A DNA stretch of 64,000 nucleotides, from the NCBI GenBank assembly GCA_963677925.2, contig CAXXYH010000004.1:2048001-2112000 (forward strand), in the 5' to 3' direction. This stretch comes from Spirochaetia bacterium. GTDB taxonomy: Bacteria; Spirochaetota; Spirochaetia; UBA9216. Below the pieces are notes generated by a model. That model did not search any database. It was not told where the DNA came from and worked only from the letters and a program-made list of their open reading frames with translations. The translations under genes and the position numbers were made by a program. Of the stretch, positions 39,118 to 49,095 are shown piece by piece (within the stretch, counting starts at the first letter, position 1; each line of letters begins with the position of its first letter).

Positions 39118-39146
39118 AGCTTAAGATAAATTACCGCTGTAGTCAA
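39118..39146 (-). promoter_or_regulatory. Sigma-70-type promoter of the RRM gene (long 5' UTR)
   Basis: TTGACT-17 nt-TAAGCT about 145 nt upstream of the ATG. Confidence 0.55.
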
Positions 39147-39321
39147 GTTCAAATTTAATTAAACAAATAATTTGGAATTTCAGGAAAAATGGATTACAAT
39201 ATAGTTAACTGATACTTAACTGACGTAATGATTTTGTTTAGTAATGATGTCATCCAAAATCATCATTACCGGAAACACAGCAAGTACCCTGCTGTGACAC
39301 CCTGCTTGGAAAGGTTATGCT

Positions 39322-39999
39322 TTGATAGTCAGAGACAGAAGGGTCCGGATAATCTCCGGATTCTACGGAAGCGGAAAAACCGAGTTTTCAGTCAATTACG
39401 CTGTAAAACTGGTGAATATGAACAGGAATCCTGTTCTTGCAGATATTGATATTCTCAATCCCTATTTCAGAAGCAGGGAACGTGAATCTGAATTAAGTCA
39501 GCTTGGTGTCAGAGTTATTGCAGGATCTGTCAATGCCCCCGCAGTCGACGTCCCGGCAGTATCTTCCGGGGTTTACAGCATCTTTGACGGAGATGAAGAT
39601 GCTGTAATCGATGTAGGAGGAGACCGTGCGGGGGCTGAGGTCCTTTCGCTTTTTTCCGATCGTTTTAATAATCCTGATGATTATGATTTATTCTTTCTCA
39701 TAAATGCAAACAGGCCGCAGACTGCAAATCCTGCCGCAGTAATAGACTGCCTTCGCGGAATCGAATCCGCATGCGGGCTTCCGGTTACCGGCCTGATAAA
39801 CAATACTCATATGCTTAAATCTACACAGGTACGCGACATACTAAAAGGTTATGATCTTGCGGTTGAGGTTTCACGAAAAACCGGTATACCGCTTAGATAT
39901 AATTCAGGACTAAGGGAGTTTGAACTGGAAATCCCTGACGGTCTGGAAGGGGAGTTTTTCCCGGTTGATTTATACATGAGGGAAGCCTGGATGTCCTGA
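39322..39999 (+). CDS. P-loop ATP-binding protein (MinD/CobQ-like) preceding the 2-oxoacid oxidoreductase genes
   Basis: GFYGSGKTE, DIDILNPYFRSRE, IDVGGD, NNTHM. Confidence 0.8.
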   Translation: MIVRDRRVRIISGFYGSGKTEFSVNYAVKLVNMNRNPVLADIDILNPYFRSRERESELSQLGVRVIAGSVNAPAVDVPAVSSGVYSIFDGDEDAVIDVGGDRAGAEVLSLFSDRFNNPDDYDLFFLINANRPQTANPAAVIDCLRGIESACGLPVTGLINNTHMLKSTQVRDILKGYDLAVEVSRKTGIPLRYNSGLREFELEIPDGLEGEFFPVDLYMREAWMS

Positions 40000-40036
40000 T
40001 CATCCTGCTTCCTTCGCACAGAATAAAGGAGGGGCT

Positions 40037-40252
40037 ATGGCAAATGGAAAGGTTACTTTTAATTATGACAGCTGTAAGGGCTGCGGATTATGCATAAGTG
40101 TATGTCCGAAGAAGATAATTTTTCTGGATAGCAAGAGAATTAATTCAAAGGGGTATAACCCTGCTACAGTGGAAAAGATGGAGGAATGTATCGGCTGTGC
40201 AAACTGCGCAATGATGTGTCCTGATCTTGTTATCACTGTTGAGAAGTTTTAG
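40037..40252 (+). CDS. 2x[4Fe-4S] ferredoxin (oxidoreductase delta subunit)
   Basis: CKGCGLCISVCP and CIGCANCAMMCP. Confidence 0.92.
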   Translation: MANGKVTFNYDSCKGCGLCISVCPKKIIFLDSKRINSKGYNPATVEKMEECIGCANCAMMCPDLVITVEKF

Positions 40253-40261
40253 GAGGGGATG

Positions 40262-41335
40262 ATGGAAAAAATACTGATGAAAGGAAACGAGGCTGTAGGC
40301 GCTGCTGCAATTCAGGCCGGCTGCAGATTTTTCTTCGGTTATCCTATTACTCCCCAGAACGAAGTTCCGGAATACATGTCCAGAGAACTGCCCAAGGTAG
40401 GCGGCACTTTTGTACAGGCAGAGAGTGAGGTTGCTGCAATCAATATGGTATTTGGAGCTGCAGGAGCGGGTGCGCGGGTTATGACATCATCGTCAAGTCC
40501 CGGAATATCGCTGAAGCAGGAGGGCATTTCATACATTGCCGCAGCTGAGCTTCCCTGTGTGATTGTAAATATGATGAGAGCCAGCCCCGGACTAGGTGGA
40601 ATTCAGCCTGCACAGGCCGACTACTTTCAGGCAACAAGGGGCGGAGGAAACGGTGACTATTACACCCCTGTCTTTGCGCCGGCGAGCATTCAGGAACTTG
40701 TTGAGCATGTAATGATTGCCTTCGACGTTGCTGATATTTACCGGACTCCCGTTATGGTTCTTGGAGACGGAATGCTTGGACAGATGATGGAATCGGTAAC
40801 CCTAGGCGATCATAAACCGCGGCCGCTTCCTGAAAAAGACTGGGCTGTAGGTGCGAAGCGTCGGGATACAGGTGATCAGAGTACAAAGAATGTAATAAAA
40901 TCTCTGTATATCAATCCCGAAATCCTGGAGGCTCATGTAACAAAGCTTTTTGAGAAATACGATCTGATTAAACAGAACGAAGTCAGATATGAAAAGATAA
41001 ACTGCGAGGACGCCGATGTGGTCGCTGTTGCCTACGGTTCAGTTTCAAGAATTGTCCGCAATGCAATGAAAAAATGCGAGGAAGAGGGAATAAAACTCGG
41101 GCTTATAAGACCGATAACCCTGTGGCCCTTTCCATTTGAGGCTTTTGATGAAATAAGCCCGAATACAAAGGCTTTCCTGAGTGTTGAGATGAGCATGGGG
41201 CAGATGATAGACGATGTGAAAATTGCATCAAACGGAAGACTCCCGGTTGAGTTCACCGGACGGCACGGAGGAATGATTCCGAAGCCCGAACAGATAGTTG
41301 ATAAGGTAAAAGCAATTCTTGGAGGTGCAGCATGA
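40262..41335 (+). CDS. vorB: 2-oxoacid:ferredoxin oxidoreductase alpha subunit (VorB-like)
   Basis: MKGNEA, FFGYPITPQ, QAESEVAA, TSSSSPG, RPITLWPFP. Confidence 0.9.
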   Translation: MEKILMKGNEAVGAAAIQAGCRFFFGYPITPQNEVPEYMSRELPKVGGTFVQAESEVAAINMVFGAAGAGARVMTSSSSPGISLKQEGISYIAAAELPCVIVNMMRASPGLGGIQPAQADYFQATRGGGNGDYYTPVFAPASIQELVEHVMIAFDVADIYRTPVMVLGDGMLGQMMESVTLGDHKPRPLPEKDWAVGAKRRDTGDQSTKNVIKSLYINPEILEAHVTKLFEKYDLIKQNEVRYEKINCEDADVVAVAYGSVSRIVRNAMKKCEEEGIKLGLIRPITLWPFPFEAFDEISPNTKAFLSVEMSMGQMIDDVKIASNGRLPVEFTGRHGGMIPKPEQIVDKVKAILGGAA

Positions 41336-42075
41336 GTATAGTTTTTGAAAAAACAAAGGGGCTCACCGATACCCCTATGCATTACTGCCCGGGCTGCACA
41401 CACGGGATTGTTCATCGTCTTGTTGCTGAAACACTGGTCGAGCTTGATGTGCTGGATCATTCAGTCGGCGTTGCTCCTGTTGGCTGCTCCGTCTTCCTTC
41501 ACAATTACATGAACTGCGATATGTATGAGGCTGCCCACGGAAGGGCTCCTGCTGTCGCAACGGGAGCTAAACGCGTACATCCGGACAATGTCGTATTCAC
41601 CTACCAGGGCGATGGAGACCTTGCATCAATAGGAACCGCTGAAACTATCCATGCGGCAGTCCGAAGTGAAAATATCACAATAATTTACGTTAATAACGTT
41701 ATCTATGGAATGACCGGCGGACAGATGGCGCCGACAACCCTGGTCGGACAGAAATCAACAACATCTCCCTACGGCAGGCAGATGGATAGCCAGGGCTATC
41801 CGATCAGGATTTCTGAAATGCTTGCAACCCTTGAAGGCGCCAGCTTCGTTGAGCGTGTTGCAGTCAACAGTCCCGGAAATGTAAGAAAGGCAAAGAAGGC
41901 AATTAAAAAGGCATTTGAAACACAGATTCAAAAGAAGGGCTTCAGTATCGTTGAGGTTCTTTCAACATGTCCCACAAACTGGGGCATGACGCCTGTTCAG
42001 GCTTTAAGATGGCTTGAAGATAATATGATTCCCTACTATCCGTTGGGAAATTTCAGAACACCCGAGGAGGTTTAA
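41332..42075 (+). CDS. 2-oxoacid:ferredoxin oxidoreductase beta (TPP-binding) subunit
   Basis: YCPGCTH, HGRAPAVATG, GDGDLASIG..NN..YGMTGGQ, CPTNW. Confidence 0.92.
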   Translation: MSIVFEKTKGLTDTPMHYCPGCTHGIVHRLVAETLVELDVLDHSVGVAPVGCSVFLHNYMNCDMYEAAHGRAPAVATGAKRVHPDNVVFTYQGDGDLASIGTAETIHAAVRSENITIIYVNNVIYGMTGGQMAPTTLVGQKSTTSPYGRQMDSQGYPIRISEMLATLEGASFVERVAVNSPGNVRKAKKAIKKAFETQIQKKGFSIVEVLSTCPTNWGMTPVQALRWLEDNMIPYYPLGNFRTPEEV

Positions 42076-42076
42076 G

Positions 42077-42625
42077 ATGGCTTTTACAGAAGAGGTAATT
42101 CTTGCAGGATTCGGAGGACAGGGTGTACTGTCCATGGGTAAACTGCTTTCATATGCCGGACTGATGGAAGGCAAGAACGTGTCATGGTTTCCGTCATACG
42201 GTCCCGAGATGCGCGGAGGAACTGCAAACTGCAATGTGATCATTTCTGATGAGCTGGTAGGCAGTCCGGTTGTAACGGATGCTGATACGCTTATTGTTAT
42301 GAATCAGCCTTCACTCGAGAAATTTGAATCGCATGTTAAACCCGGCGGAATGATACTGGTGAACTCTTCGCTTATTGAAAAGAAGGTTACCCGTACCGAT
42401 GTAAAGGCCTACTATTTTCCGGTGAACGAGATCGCCGCTGAATGCGGAAGCCTGAAGGCTGCAAACATGGTGATGTTAGGTGCATACATGTGGCTTCGCG
42501 GATTCCCCACAGAAGAGGAACTGCTGGCTGCATTTCTGAAGGTTTTCGGTGAAAAGAAGAAGGACCTTCTGCCGCTTGATAAGCGTGCAATCGAAGAGGG
42601 CATGCATCTGGCACAGACTGCCTGA
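42077..42625 (+). CDS. 2-oxoacid:ferredoxin oxidoreductase gamma subunit
   Basis: AGFGGQG, SYGPEMRGG, ANMVMLGA. Confidence 0.92.
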   Translation: MAFTEEVILAGFGGQGVLSMGKLLSYAGLMEGKNVSWFPSYGPEMRGGTANCNVIISDELVGSPVVTDADTLIVMNQPSLEKFESHVKPGGMILVNSSLIEKKVTRTDVKAYYFPVNEIAAECGSLKAANMVMLGAYMWLRGFPTEEELLAAFLKVFGEKKKDLLPLDKRAIEEGMHLAQTA

Positions 42626-42637
42626 TTTTAATAAATG

Positions 42638-42687
42638 AAAACAAGAAGCGGCTGTTTTCCTTCCCCCGGAAACAGCCGCTTTGTTTT
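42638..42687. terminator. Bidirectional terminator
   Basis: AAAACAAGAAGCGGCTGTTTTCC / GGAAACAGCCGCTTTGTTTT inverted repeat between convergent genes. Confidence 0.75.
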
Positions 42688-42690
42688 ACA

Positions 42691-43542
42691 TTAAAATCTT
42701 TCTTTTATAATCGTGTAATTATATATTTTCTCCTGGTAGGAATCTTCAATCTGCAGCTGAAGTTCTCCTTCCCAGTCAGAGTCAATGTCGTAGCTTAGAT
42801 CGTTCCACCAGAGCTTATCATTTCCATATACATATGGAATATCTTCAATTCCGCGTTTGCGCAGAACCGTTATACCGTTATGCTTGACGGTGAAGGTGAA
42901 CCATCTTGAAATAGCGTTTGAAAGCTCTATCCTTCCCAGGGTAACTGAAAGTCTTCCGACATCCGGGAGTTTTGCCTGTTTCTTCTGGTAGTCTGATGCT
43001 GAGATTTTTCCTGCGGCCAGTTCCTCGGTCAATCCGTTCTGCAGCTGCTCGGTATCCCGGTAGTCGATGATGAAAAACTCTGTATCAGAATTGTATTCAC
43101 GTTCAGGGATAATGCGGTAGCGGATTCTGAGCGGTTCAACAACTACCGGCTCCGGAGGCGGAGGTACTGGAAGCCAGACTGAAGCGGTAAGGGCCGCATC
43201 TTCAACATATCCAAGAGAACCCAGAAGCATTACAAGAGAAAAGGGGCTCCATCGCCCGGTAACTGTTTCAGTTTTAATTTTCGCATCATCACCGTATTTA
43301 TCTGCAGCAAGTTCCGCCGCCTGTCTTTCAAGTTCAGATCTGCGTTCCTCCGATGATTTCAGAAATAACCAGTTCCACGAGCGCAGCCCTGCATCAATAT
43401 TGCCCGCATACTCATAATCATCCGATACCGGTCCGGCTGGAAGAGAGTAGGAAGAGGGCTTCTCGCCTGTGATAAAACTGGTACATGATGCGGTAATTAA
43501 AATCAGTATTGGTATCAAGATTAAAGCTGTCTGTTTCTTCAT
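42691..43542 (-). CDS. Hypothetical lipoprotein
   Basis: Lipobox LITASC; Pro-rich linker PVPPPPEP. Confidence 0.7.
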   Translation of the reverse strand: MKKQTALILIPILILITASCTSFITGEKPSSYSLPAGPVSDDYEYAGNIDAGLRSWNWLFLKSSEERRSELERQAAELAADKYGDDAKIKTETVTGRWSPFSLVMLLGSLGYVEDAALTASVWLPVPPPPEPVVVEPLRIRYRIIPEREYNSDTEFFIIDYRDTEQLQNGLTEELAAGKISASDYQKKQAKLPDVGRLSVTLGRIELSNAISRWFTFTVKHNGITVLRKRGIEDIPYVYGNDKLWWNDLSYDIDSDWEGELQLQIEDSYQEKIYNYTIIKERF

Positions 43543-43557
43543 AAGGAATCCTCTGTT

Positions 43558-44364
43558 TTATTCTGTTCGGTTCCTCATGTGATTTGCTTGAGCCTTATTG
43601 TTTAGGGAAACGATTTCTGCTGTAACCGATACGGCAATTTCTGCAGCTGTATCTCCGCCTATTTTAAGCCCAACCGGTGCGTAGAGGCTCTCAGGAATGC
43701 TTATTCCCTCATCTGCCAGCCGGTCAAGAATCATCTTGACCTTCATTTTTGAGCCGATCATCCCGATGTATTTCATTTCAATACCTGACTGCAGTACCTG
43801 CCTCAGAACACTGAGATCGTGCTCGTGGCCGTGTGTGGCTATAAAACAGCATCTGCCGTTTTTCAGTATCGGGATAGCTTTAGATATATCCCCGTACCCC
43901 GCGGTGATTATTCTGCGCGAATCAGAAGATGTATGTGAAATAATTTCCTGGCGGTTGTCAAATACAGTTATCCTGTATCCTATAAGCTCAAGCATCGGGG
44001 CAAGGGCGGAACCTACATGTCCGCCTCCGAAGAGCACAAAGTCAGGATTGCTGTTAAAATGTTCAATGAATATCATGACTGTTCCGCCACAGGACATTCC
44101 GGTTTTCTCAAGTTCAACGGTTCTAAGTTCGGGGCCGTTCAGTTCCCTCTTATGCTGAAGTATTTCCACCGCTTCTTCGGACAGCATTTTTTCAACAGCC
44201 CCCCCGCCGATTGTTCCGTAACATTCATCCTCCGTTACAAGCATTCTGAATCCTGCACGGCACGGGGAACTTCCTTCAACTGATACGACTGTGAGCAGTA
44301 TGCAGGCTGTACCTGTGGTGGCAAATTCGGCGCATTTTTGAATTATATCCATGTCTGTAATCAT
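43558..44364 (-). CDS. xdhC: XdhC/CoxI family molybdoenzyme accessory protein
   Basis: GSSP, GTIGGG, GMSCGG, FGGGHV, ATHGHEHD, YIGMIGS, APVGLKIGGDTAAEIAVS. Confidence 0.88.
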   Translation of the reverse strand: MITDMDIIQKCAEFATTGTACILLTVVSVEGSSPCRAGFRMLVTEDECYGTIGGGAVEKMLSEEAVEILQHKRELNGPELRTVELEKTGMSCGGTVMIFIEHFNSNPDFVLFGGGHVGSALAPMLELIGYRITVFDNRQEIISHTSSDSRRIITAGYGDISKAIPILKNGRCCFIATHGHEHDLSVLRQVLQSGIEMKYIGMIGSKMKVKMILDRLADEGISIPESLYAPVGLKIGGDTAAEIAVSVTAEIVSLNNKAQANHMRNRTE

Positions 44365-44373
44365 ATTCCTGTT

Positions 44374-45198
44374 TCATCCCTGTCTGTATGAACTGGGCGA
44401 CACTCCTTTTATCTGTTTGAACTGTCTTGAGAAATAATTACTGTCCTCGTAATGGACCATTGCTGAAATATTGCTTATGCTTTTATCAGTATACTTCAAA
44501 AGTTCGCAGGCTTTATTTATCCTGATTGTGTGAATGTAATCTTTCACTGAAGAGCCGGTAAGGTTTCTGAATATCCGGTGAAAATTCCTAACCGATGTAC
44601 CAGCCTCTTCAGCCATGCGGGCGGCGCTTAAGGACGGTCCGTTCTCGGTTTTCAGATACTCAATAATATAATTTACCCTTGATTTTACTGAAGTATTTAT
44701 TTTGACATTATCCTCAGTATAAAGCCTGAGCAGCAGGCAGCACAGCTGACTGAGGAAGGCCTCCGCCATTTTATCATTCATAAATCTACCGCTGTATATT
44801 TCCTGATCAATTCTGTTGATTAAAGAAACTGCTTTGGATTCACTTAGCACAGACAGTTTTAATCCTGAATCGGGCAGTTGGGCAATCATTTCTGAAATAT
44901 ATTCAGGAATATCAGAATTTAGAAGAATATTTATATAATCAAGGCTCTCTGTTTTGAGATACTGATGGTGAATACCCTTTCTCACAATAAAAAAATCACC
45001 TCTGGAAAGTTTGTATTCTTTATTATTCAGCAGCTGTATCCCGTTGCCGCTTCTGATAAAAATCATCTCAATAAAATCGTGATGATGATCGGGAAAGCTT
45101 CTGCTGTTTTCAACATGGATAACACGTATGGGGAGTTTAAAGTCATTAAAAAACTGACTGCCGGGATAATACGGCGCAGAGGGCACATCCAGTTTCAT
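44374..45198 (-). CDS. AraC family regulator with cupin sensor (RhaS/RhaR-like)
   Basis: HHHDFIE cupin motif; C-terminal FHRIFRNLTG..YEDSNYFSRQFKQIKGVSPSSYR. Confidence 0.9.
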   Translation of the reverse strand: MKLDVPSAPYYPGSQFFNDFKLPIRVIHVENSRSFPDHHHDFIEMIFIRSGNGIQLLNNKEYKLSRGDFFIVRKGIHHQYLKTESLDYINILLNSDIPEYISEMIAQLPDSGLKLSVLSESKAVSLINRIDQEIYSGRFMNDKMAEAFLSQLCCLLLRLYTEDNVKINTSVKSRVNYIIEYLKTENGPSLSAARMAEEAGTSVRNFHRIFRNLTGSSVKDYIHTIRINKACELLKYTDKSISNISAMVHYEDSNYFSRQFKQIKGVSPSSYRQG

Positions 45199-45267
45199 GT
45201 CTCAATTATCCTAAGAATGGTCTCAATCGTCAAGGAATGTTTATTCAGATCATTATATGCTTGAACT

Positions 45268-45672
45268 ATGAATAGAGTTCCAGATTTTGCTGTTGAGAAT
45301 GAATTTACAAATAATATCCTGACTGTAATGCGCGCTCTGAACAGCCGGGGAGAGCGAAAGCTGCTGGAAGCAGTAATATCAGATTACAGTGCACTTCTTC
45401 ATTATCTGCAGAGGGCCCCGGATGAACTCATCAGTTCAGCCTTAGAATTTGAAGCCTGCGAATGTTTTCTCAGGCTTCAGCATATCAGGTACGGAAAACG
45501 GCTGTGTTACAGTCTGTCTAAATCTGAACAGCCCAGTGTACTTTCAGTAAAGAAATTTTCAGTGTTATCTGCAGTAGCAGATGCTGTTGACTATATTGCT
45601 GAGCACCCGATAGAAGGCGGATTCATAAGAGTAGATTTTTCTGATGTTATCAAGGTATTACTTCAAAACTGA
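45268..45672 (+). CDS. Small degenerate YesM/LytS-type histidine-kinase-like protein
   Basis: ENEFTNNIL..SALLHY..LEFEACECFLRLQHIRYGKRL aligns by eye with NPHFLYNTL..ANCLRY..EELDNVRNYIKIQQTRFSDKL of the kinase at 12344. Confidence 0.55.
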   Translation: MNRVPDFAVENEFTNNILTVMRALNSRGERKLLEAVISDYSALLHYLQRAPDELISSALEFEACECFLRLQHIRYGKRLCYSLSKSEQPSVLSVKKFSVLSAVADAVDYIAEHPIEGGFIRVDFSDVIKVLLQN

Positions 45673-45719
45673 TACGGATGAAGCTGTATATATTGTTGAG
45701 GATGAATCAGGTGATACAG

Positions 45720-46214
45720 CTATTTCGGCCAGTTAAAATCTCTGAGATTTCCTTCAGTCTCAAGCTCTCCGAAATCCTGCTGACGAAGAGCCTCATAAAC
45801 TGCGATAGCAGCGGAGTTTGAAAGGTTAAGCGAGCGTGATTCTCCAATCATCGGGATACGAACGCTTTCATCAGGATGCTTCACCAGCAGATCTTCGGGC
45901 AGGCCTGCGGTTTCACTTCCGAAAATGAGAAAGCAGTCTTTTGAATAACTTATATCCGAATAGCGGTTTCGTGCCTTGGTTGTAAAGAATACAAGCTGAC
46001 TTCCCTGTGAAAATTCCATAAAACTGTCTATTGTTTCATGATAATGCACATCAAGCAGGTGCCAGTAATCCAGCCCGGCCCGTTTAAGGCTTTTGTCATC
46101 GGTAGAAAAGCCCAGTGGGCGAACCAGATGCAGCGAAGCTCCTGTTGCAGCGCAGGTTCGGGCGATGTTTCCGGTATTCTGTGGAATCTGCGGATTTACC
46201 AGGACTATATTCAT
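45720..46214 (-). CDS. trmL: tRNA (cytidine/uridine-34-2'-O)-methyltransferase
   Basis: PQIPQNTGNIARTC, KRAGLDYW, FGSETAGLP, RIPM..RSLNLSN. Confidence 0.95.
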   Translation of the reverse strand: MNIVLVNPQIPQNTGNIARTCAATGASLHLVRPLGFSTDDKSLKRAGLDYWHLLDVHYHETIDSFMEFSQGSQLVFFTTKARNRYSDISYSKDCFLIFGSETAGLPEDLLVKHPDESVRIPMIGESRSLNLSNSAAIAVYEALRQQDFGELETEGNLRDFNWPK

Positions 46215-46219
46215 GTGAT

Positions 46220-46702
46220 CTATACCCGCAGGCTGTTTGAGCTTTTTGCGCTCAGTGTTCCTATCTTCACGCGGAACACAGTAACACTGTCGGCGGCTTC
46301 GGCAGGGAAGGGGAAGTCGCCGGGAGCGGCAAACTTGGCGATCACATGTTTGAGCGCATTCAGTTTCTCAGACCCCTCTGTTATAAATTCAGCTTTACCA
46401 GTGGCGATGACGGAACGGTAATTCATACCCCAGCTGCAGGGATTTGAGTTATCTTCTTTTCCGGCAAGCCCCATATTTTCATCAATTTCGATACAGACTG
46501 CCGAATTATTTTTCAGTAATTCAAGTTTGTATCCTTCACCTGCGCAGTGAAAATAAAACACATCATCACTGTATCCGAAGTTCATCGGCACAACGTAGGG
46601 TGCACCATCCGGAGTATTAATTCCCAGTCTGGCGACCTCGGCCCTGTTTATAATATCATCAATTTCTTTTTTATCGATTATTTCCTGTCTGCTTCTTCTC
46701 AT
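46220..46702 (-). CDS. Pyridoxamine 5'-phosphate oxidase family flavoprotein (NimA-like)
   Basis: MRRSRQEI, PYVVPMNFGY, YFHCAGEGYK, YRSVIATG. Confidence 0.88.
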   Translation of the reverse strand: MRRSRQEIIDKKEIDDIINRAEVARLGINTPDGAPYVVPMNFGYSDDVFYFHCAGEGYKLELLKNNSAVCIEIDENMGLAGKEDNSNPCSWGMNYRSVIATGKAEFITEGSEKLNALKHVIAKFAAPGDFPFPAEAADSVTVFRVKIGTLSAKSSNSLRV

Positions 46703-46742
46703 GCTGAGGATATTACCACAGATTTATAGAATATATCCAGAA

Positions 46743-47720
46743 TTAGAGCTGTTTTTCCCTTTTTAGCAGGTACTTAAGAATCAGCTCTTCAATAGTTTTT
46801 GTGGGGCCGGGCACCCTGGCACGTTCCCGGTATTCGGCATTCTTTTTTCGCTGTTTGAAGAATCTGAGCATCTCTCTTGGATCGGCGGTTTCGAAAGTAG
46901 AATAGAAATTATCAAGATGAAGGATGGACTGAATTTTGGATTTGCTGATTGAGGAAATGTCATTCCGCTGCATCTCTTCTCTTATCTTTGTGAGCTCTTC
47001 GAAAGTAAGGTTGAACAGAAATTCCTCAAGCGCCTGGAATACCGTAGGATCGTTTTCCGAGCTGCTTAAAAAATCAAACCAGACCGGGTCGATATTCTGT
47101 GCAATCTGAAGCATCTCGCTCATGCCCATCAATGTTCCGTATATCGGGGTAAGATGCTTTCTCGATTTCCAGAGAGAGCTCAGCATGGGGGCGTAGTCCT
47201 CAGCGGACTGGGTCAGCCTGTACTCCCAGATATTCATCAGTCTCGTAGCCGCGGTAATCTTCAGGTTTTCATCAAGGTCCTTATCCTGAATAAGCGAAAG
47301 GTAGACCTCCTCGCTCATCAGTGCAAAAATATTCAGTGTAACCAGATCTGCAATATCCTCAACTTTTCCCTTGAGTTTAAGGATTGAGTCAGTCTCATAT
47401 TTCAGCATAAGAATAAAGTTGATTTTAGCTATGACATAGCTCCGGCCGAGTATAACCTTTGTAGGAACGTACATTACCTGATCGGCGAAATCCATCTCAC
47501 AGATCATTTTAATAAGGGAATCCATTGTAAACGTTGAATTCCCGATTTTTCTTGTATTGTAAAAAGAAGGGTAGGATGATATTGCCGAGGCCAGATCGTA
47601 GAGTGATCTGAACCTCGTATCGATATAGTCTGCTTCATCTCTGCGTTTCTTTCTGATTACCTCAAGGGTTGAGTTAATCAGCTCGAGTTCGCTTTCTGAA
47701 AAAACAACTATATCAGCCAT
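46743..47720 (-). CDS. Hypothetical protein
   Basis: 325 aa ORF coupled to the upstream gene (1-nt gap); helical; no recognised motif. Confidence 0.7.
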   Translation of the reverse strand: MADIVVFSESELELINSTLEVIRKKRRDEADYIDTRFRSLYDLASAISSYPSFYNTRKIGNSTFTMDSLIKMICEMDFADQVMYVPTKVILGRSYVIAKINFILMLKYETDSILKLKGKVEDIADLVTLNIFALMSEEVYLSLIQDKDLDENLKITAATRLMNIWEYRLTQSAEDYAPMLSSLWKSRKHLTPIYGTLMGMSEMLQIAQNIDPVWFDFLSSSENDPTVFQALEEFLFNLTFEELTKIREEMQRNDISSISKSKIQSILHLDNFYSTFETADPREMLRFFKQRKKNAEYRERARVPGPTKTIEELILKYLLKREKQL

Positions 47721-47721
47721 G

Positions 47722-49086
47722 TCAGTTCCTCATACTGTTTATCGGCGCGGGTATGCGTCCGCCTCTATCAATAAATTTCTTTGAGCTGAAATTATTCACA
47801 GCCATTATCGGGCCGCTTCCAAGCAGGCCGCCGAACTCAACGGTGTCCCCGACCTTCATTCCCGGAGCAGGAATTATTCTGACAGCAGTGGTTTTGTTGT
47901 TTACAACTCCGATTGCAGCTTCGTCCGCAATGATTCCGGAAATAGTCTCAGCGCTTGTTTCTCCGGGCACTGAAATCATATCAAGCCCGACCGAACACAC
48001 GCATGTCATTGCTTCAAGTTTTTCAATGGAAAGACTTCCGCAGCGTACCGCATCTATCATTCCTGCATCCTCGCTGACCGGGATGAAGGAACCGCTTAAT
48101 CCGCCGACATATGATGAAGCCATTGCACCGCCCTTTTTTACAGCATCATTAAGGAGGGCAAGGGCCGCTGTGGTGCCGGGAGCACCGCACTTTTCTAGGC
48201 CCATTTCCTCAAGGATATGCGCAACGCTGTCGCCCATTGCCGGTGTCGGTGCAAGTGAAAGATCGACAATTCCGAATCCGACCCCGAGGCGTTTTGATGC
48301 TTCGCGTGCAACAAGCTCTCCCATACGGGTAATTTTAAAGGCTGATTTCTTGATAGTCTCGGCGACAAGACCGAATCTTGCACCTGGAATCTTTTTAATC
48401 GCACTCTGGACAACACCGGGGCCGCTGATACCTACATTGATCACTGTTTCGGGTTCACCTATTCCGTGAAAGGCTCCGGCCATGAACGGGTTATCTTCGG
48501 GAACATTCGCAAATACGACAAGCTTGGCACAGCCAAGTCCGCCGGAAGCTGCGGTAAGCTGTGCAGTCTGCTTGATTACTCTTCCCATAAGGGCAACGGC
48601 ATCCATGTTTATTCCGGCACGTGTAGACGCAATATTTACTGATGAACAGACGCGGACAGTTGATGACAGCGCTTCCGGAATCGATTCGATAAGTATCCGG
48701 TCTCCCTTAGTGAAGCCCTTGTGTACAAGGGCGGAGTAGCCGCCGATAAAATCAACGCCTGTCTCGCTTGCTGCCCGGTCAAGGGTTTTGGCAAACTCTA
48801 CATAATCGGTGTCGGTGGAAGATTCTGCAACCATAGCCATCGGAGTAACCGAGATCCTTTTATTAATAATCGGTATGCCGAATTCGGTTTCTATATCCTG
48901 TGCTGTCTTTACCAGATTGCCTGCAGCCTTTGTTATCTTGTCGTAAATCTTTGTACGTGATTTTTCGCCTGATTCACAGCCGCAGTCCCGCAGTGATATA
49001 CCCATTGTAATGGTACGTATATCGAGGTTCTCACGGTCGATCATCTCTATTGTTTCAAGTATTTCTGAAGGTTTAATCATGCTCAT
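47722..49086 (-). CDS. PFL-like DUF711 (UPF0210) protein
   Basis: [59 protein letters not shown]. Confidence 0.92.
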   Translation of the reverse strand: MSMIKPSEILETIEMIDRENLDIRTITMGISLRDCGCESGEKSRTKIYDKITKAAGNLVKTAQDIETEFGIPIINKRISVTPMAMVAESSTDTDYVEFAKTLDRAASETGVDFIGGYSALVHKGFTKGDRILIESIPEALSSTVRVCSSVNIASTRAGINMDAVALMGRVIKQTAQLTAASGGLGCAKLVVFANVPEDNPFMAGAFHGIGEPETVINVGISGPGVVQSAIKKIPGARFGLVAETIKKSAFKITRMGELVAREASKRLGVGFGIVDLSLAPTPAMGDSVAHILEEMGLEKCGAPGTTAALALLNDAVKKGGAMASSYVGGLSGSFIPVSEDAGMIDAVRCGSLSIEKLEAMTCVCSVGLDMISVPGETSAETISGIIADEAAIGVVNNKTTAVRIIPAPGMKVGDTVEFGGLLGSGPIMAVNNFSSKKFIDRGGRIPAPINSMRN

Positions 49087-49095
49087 ACTGTGAAC

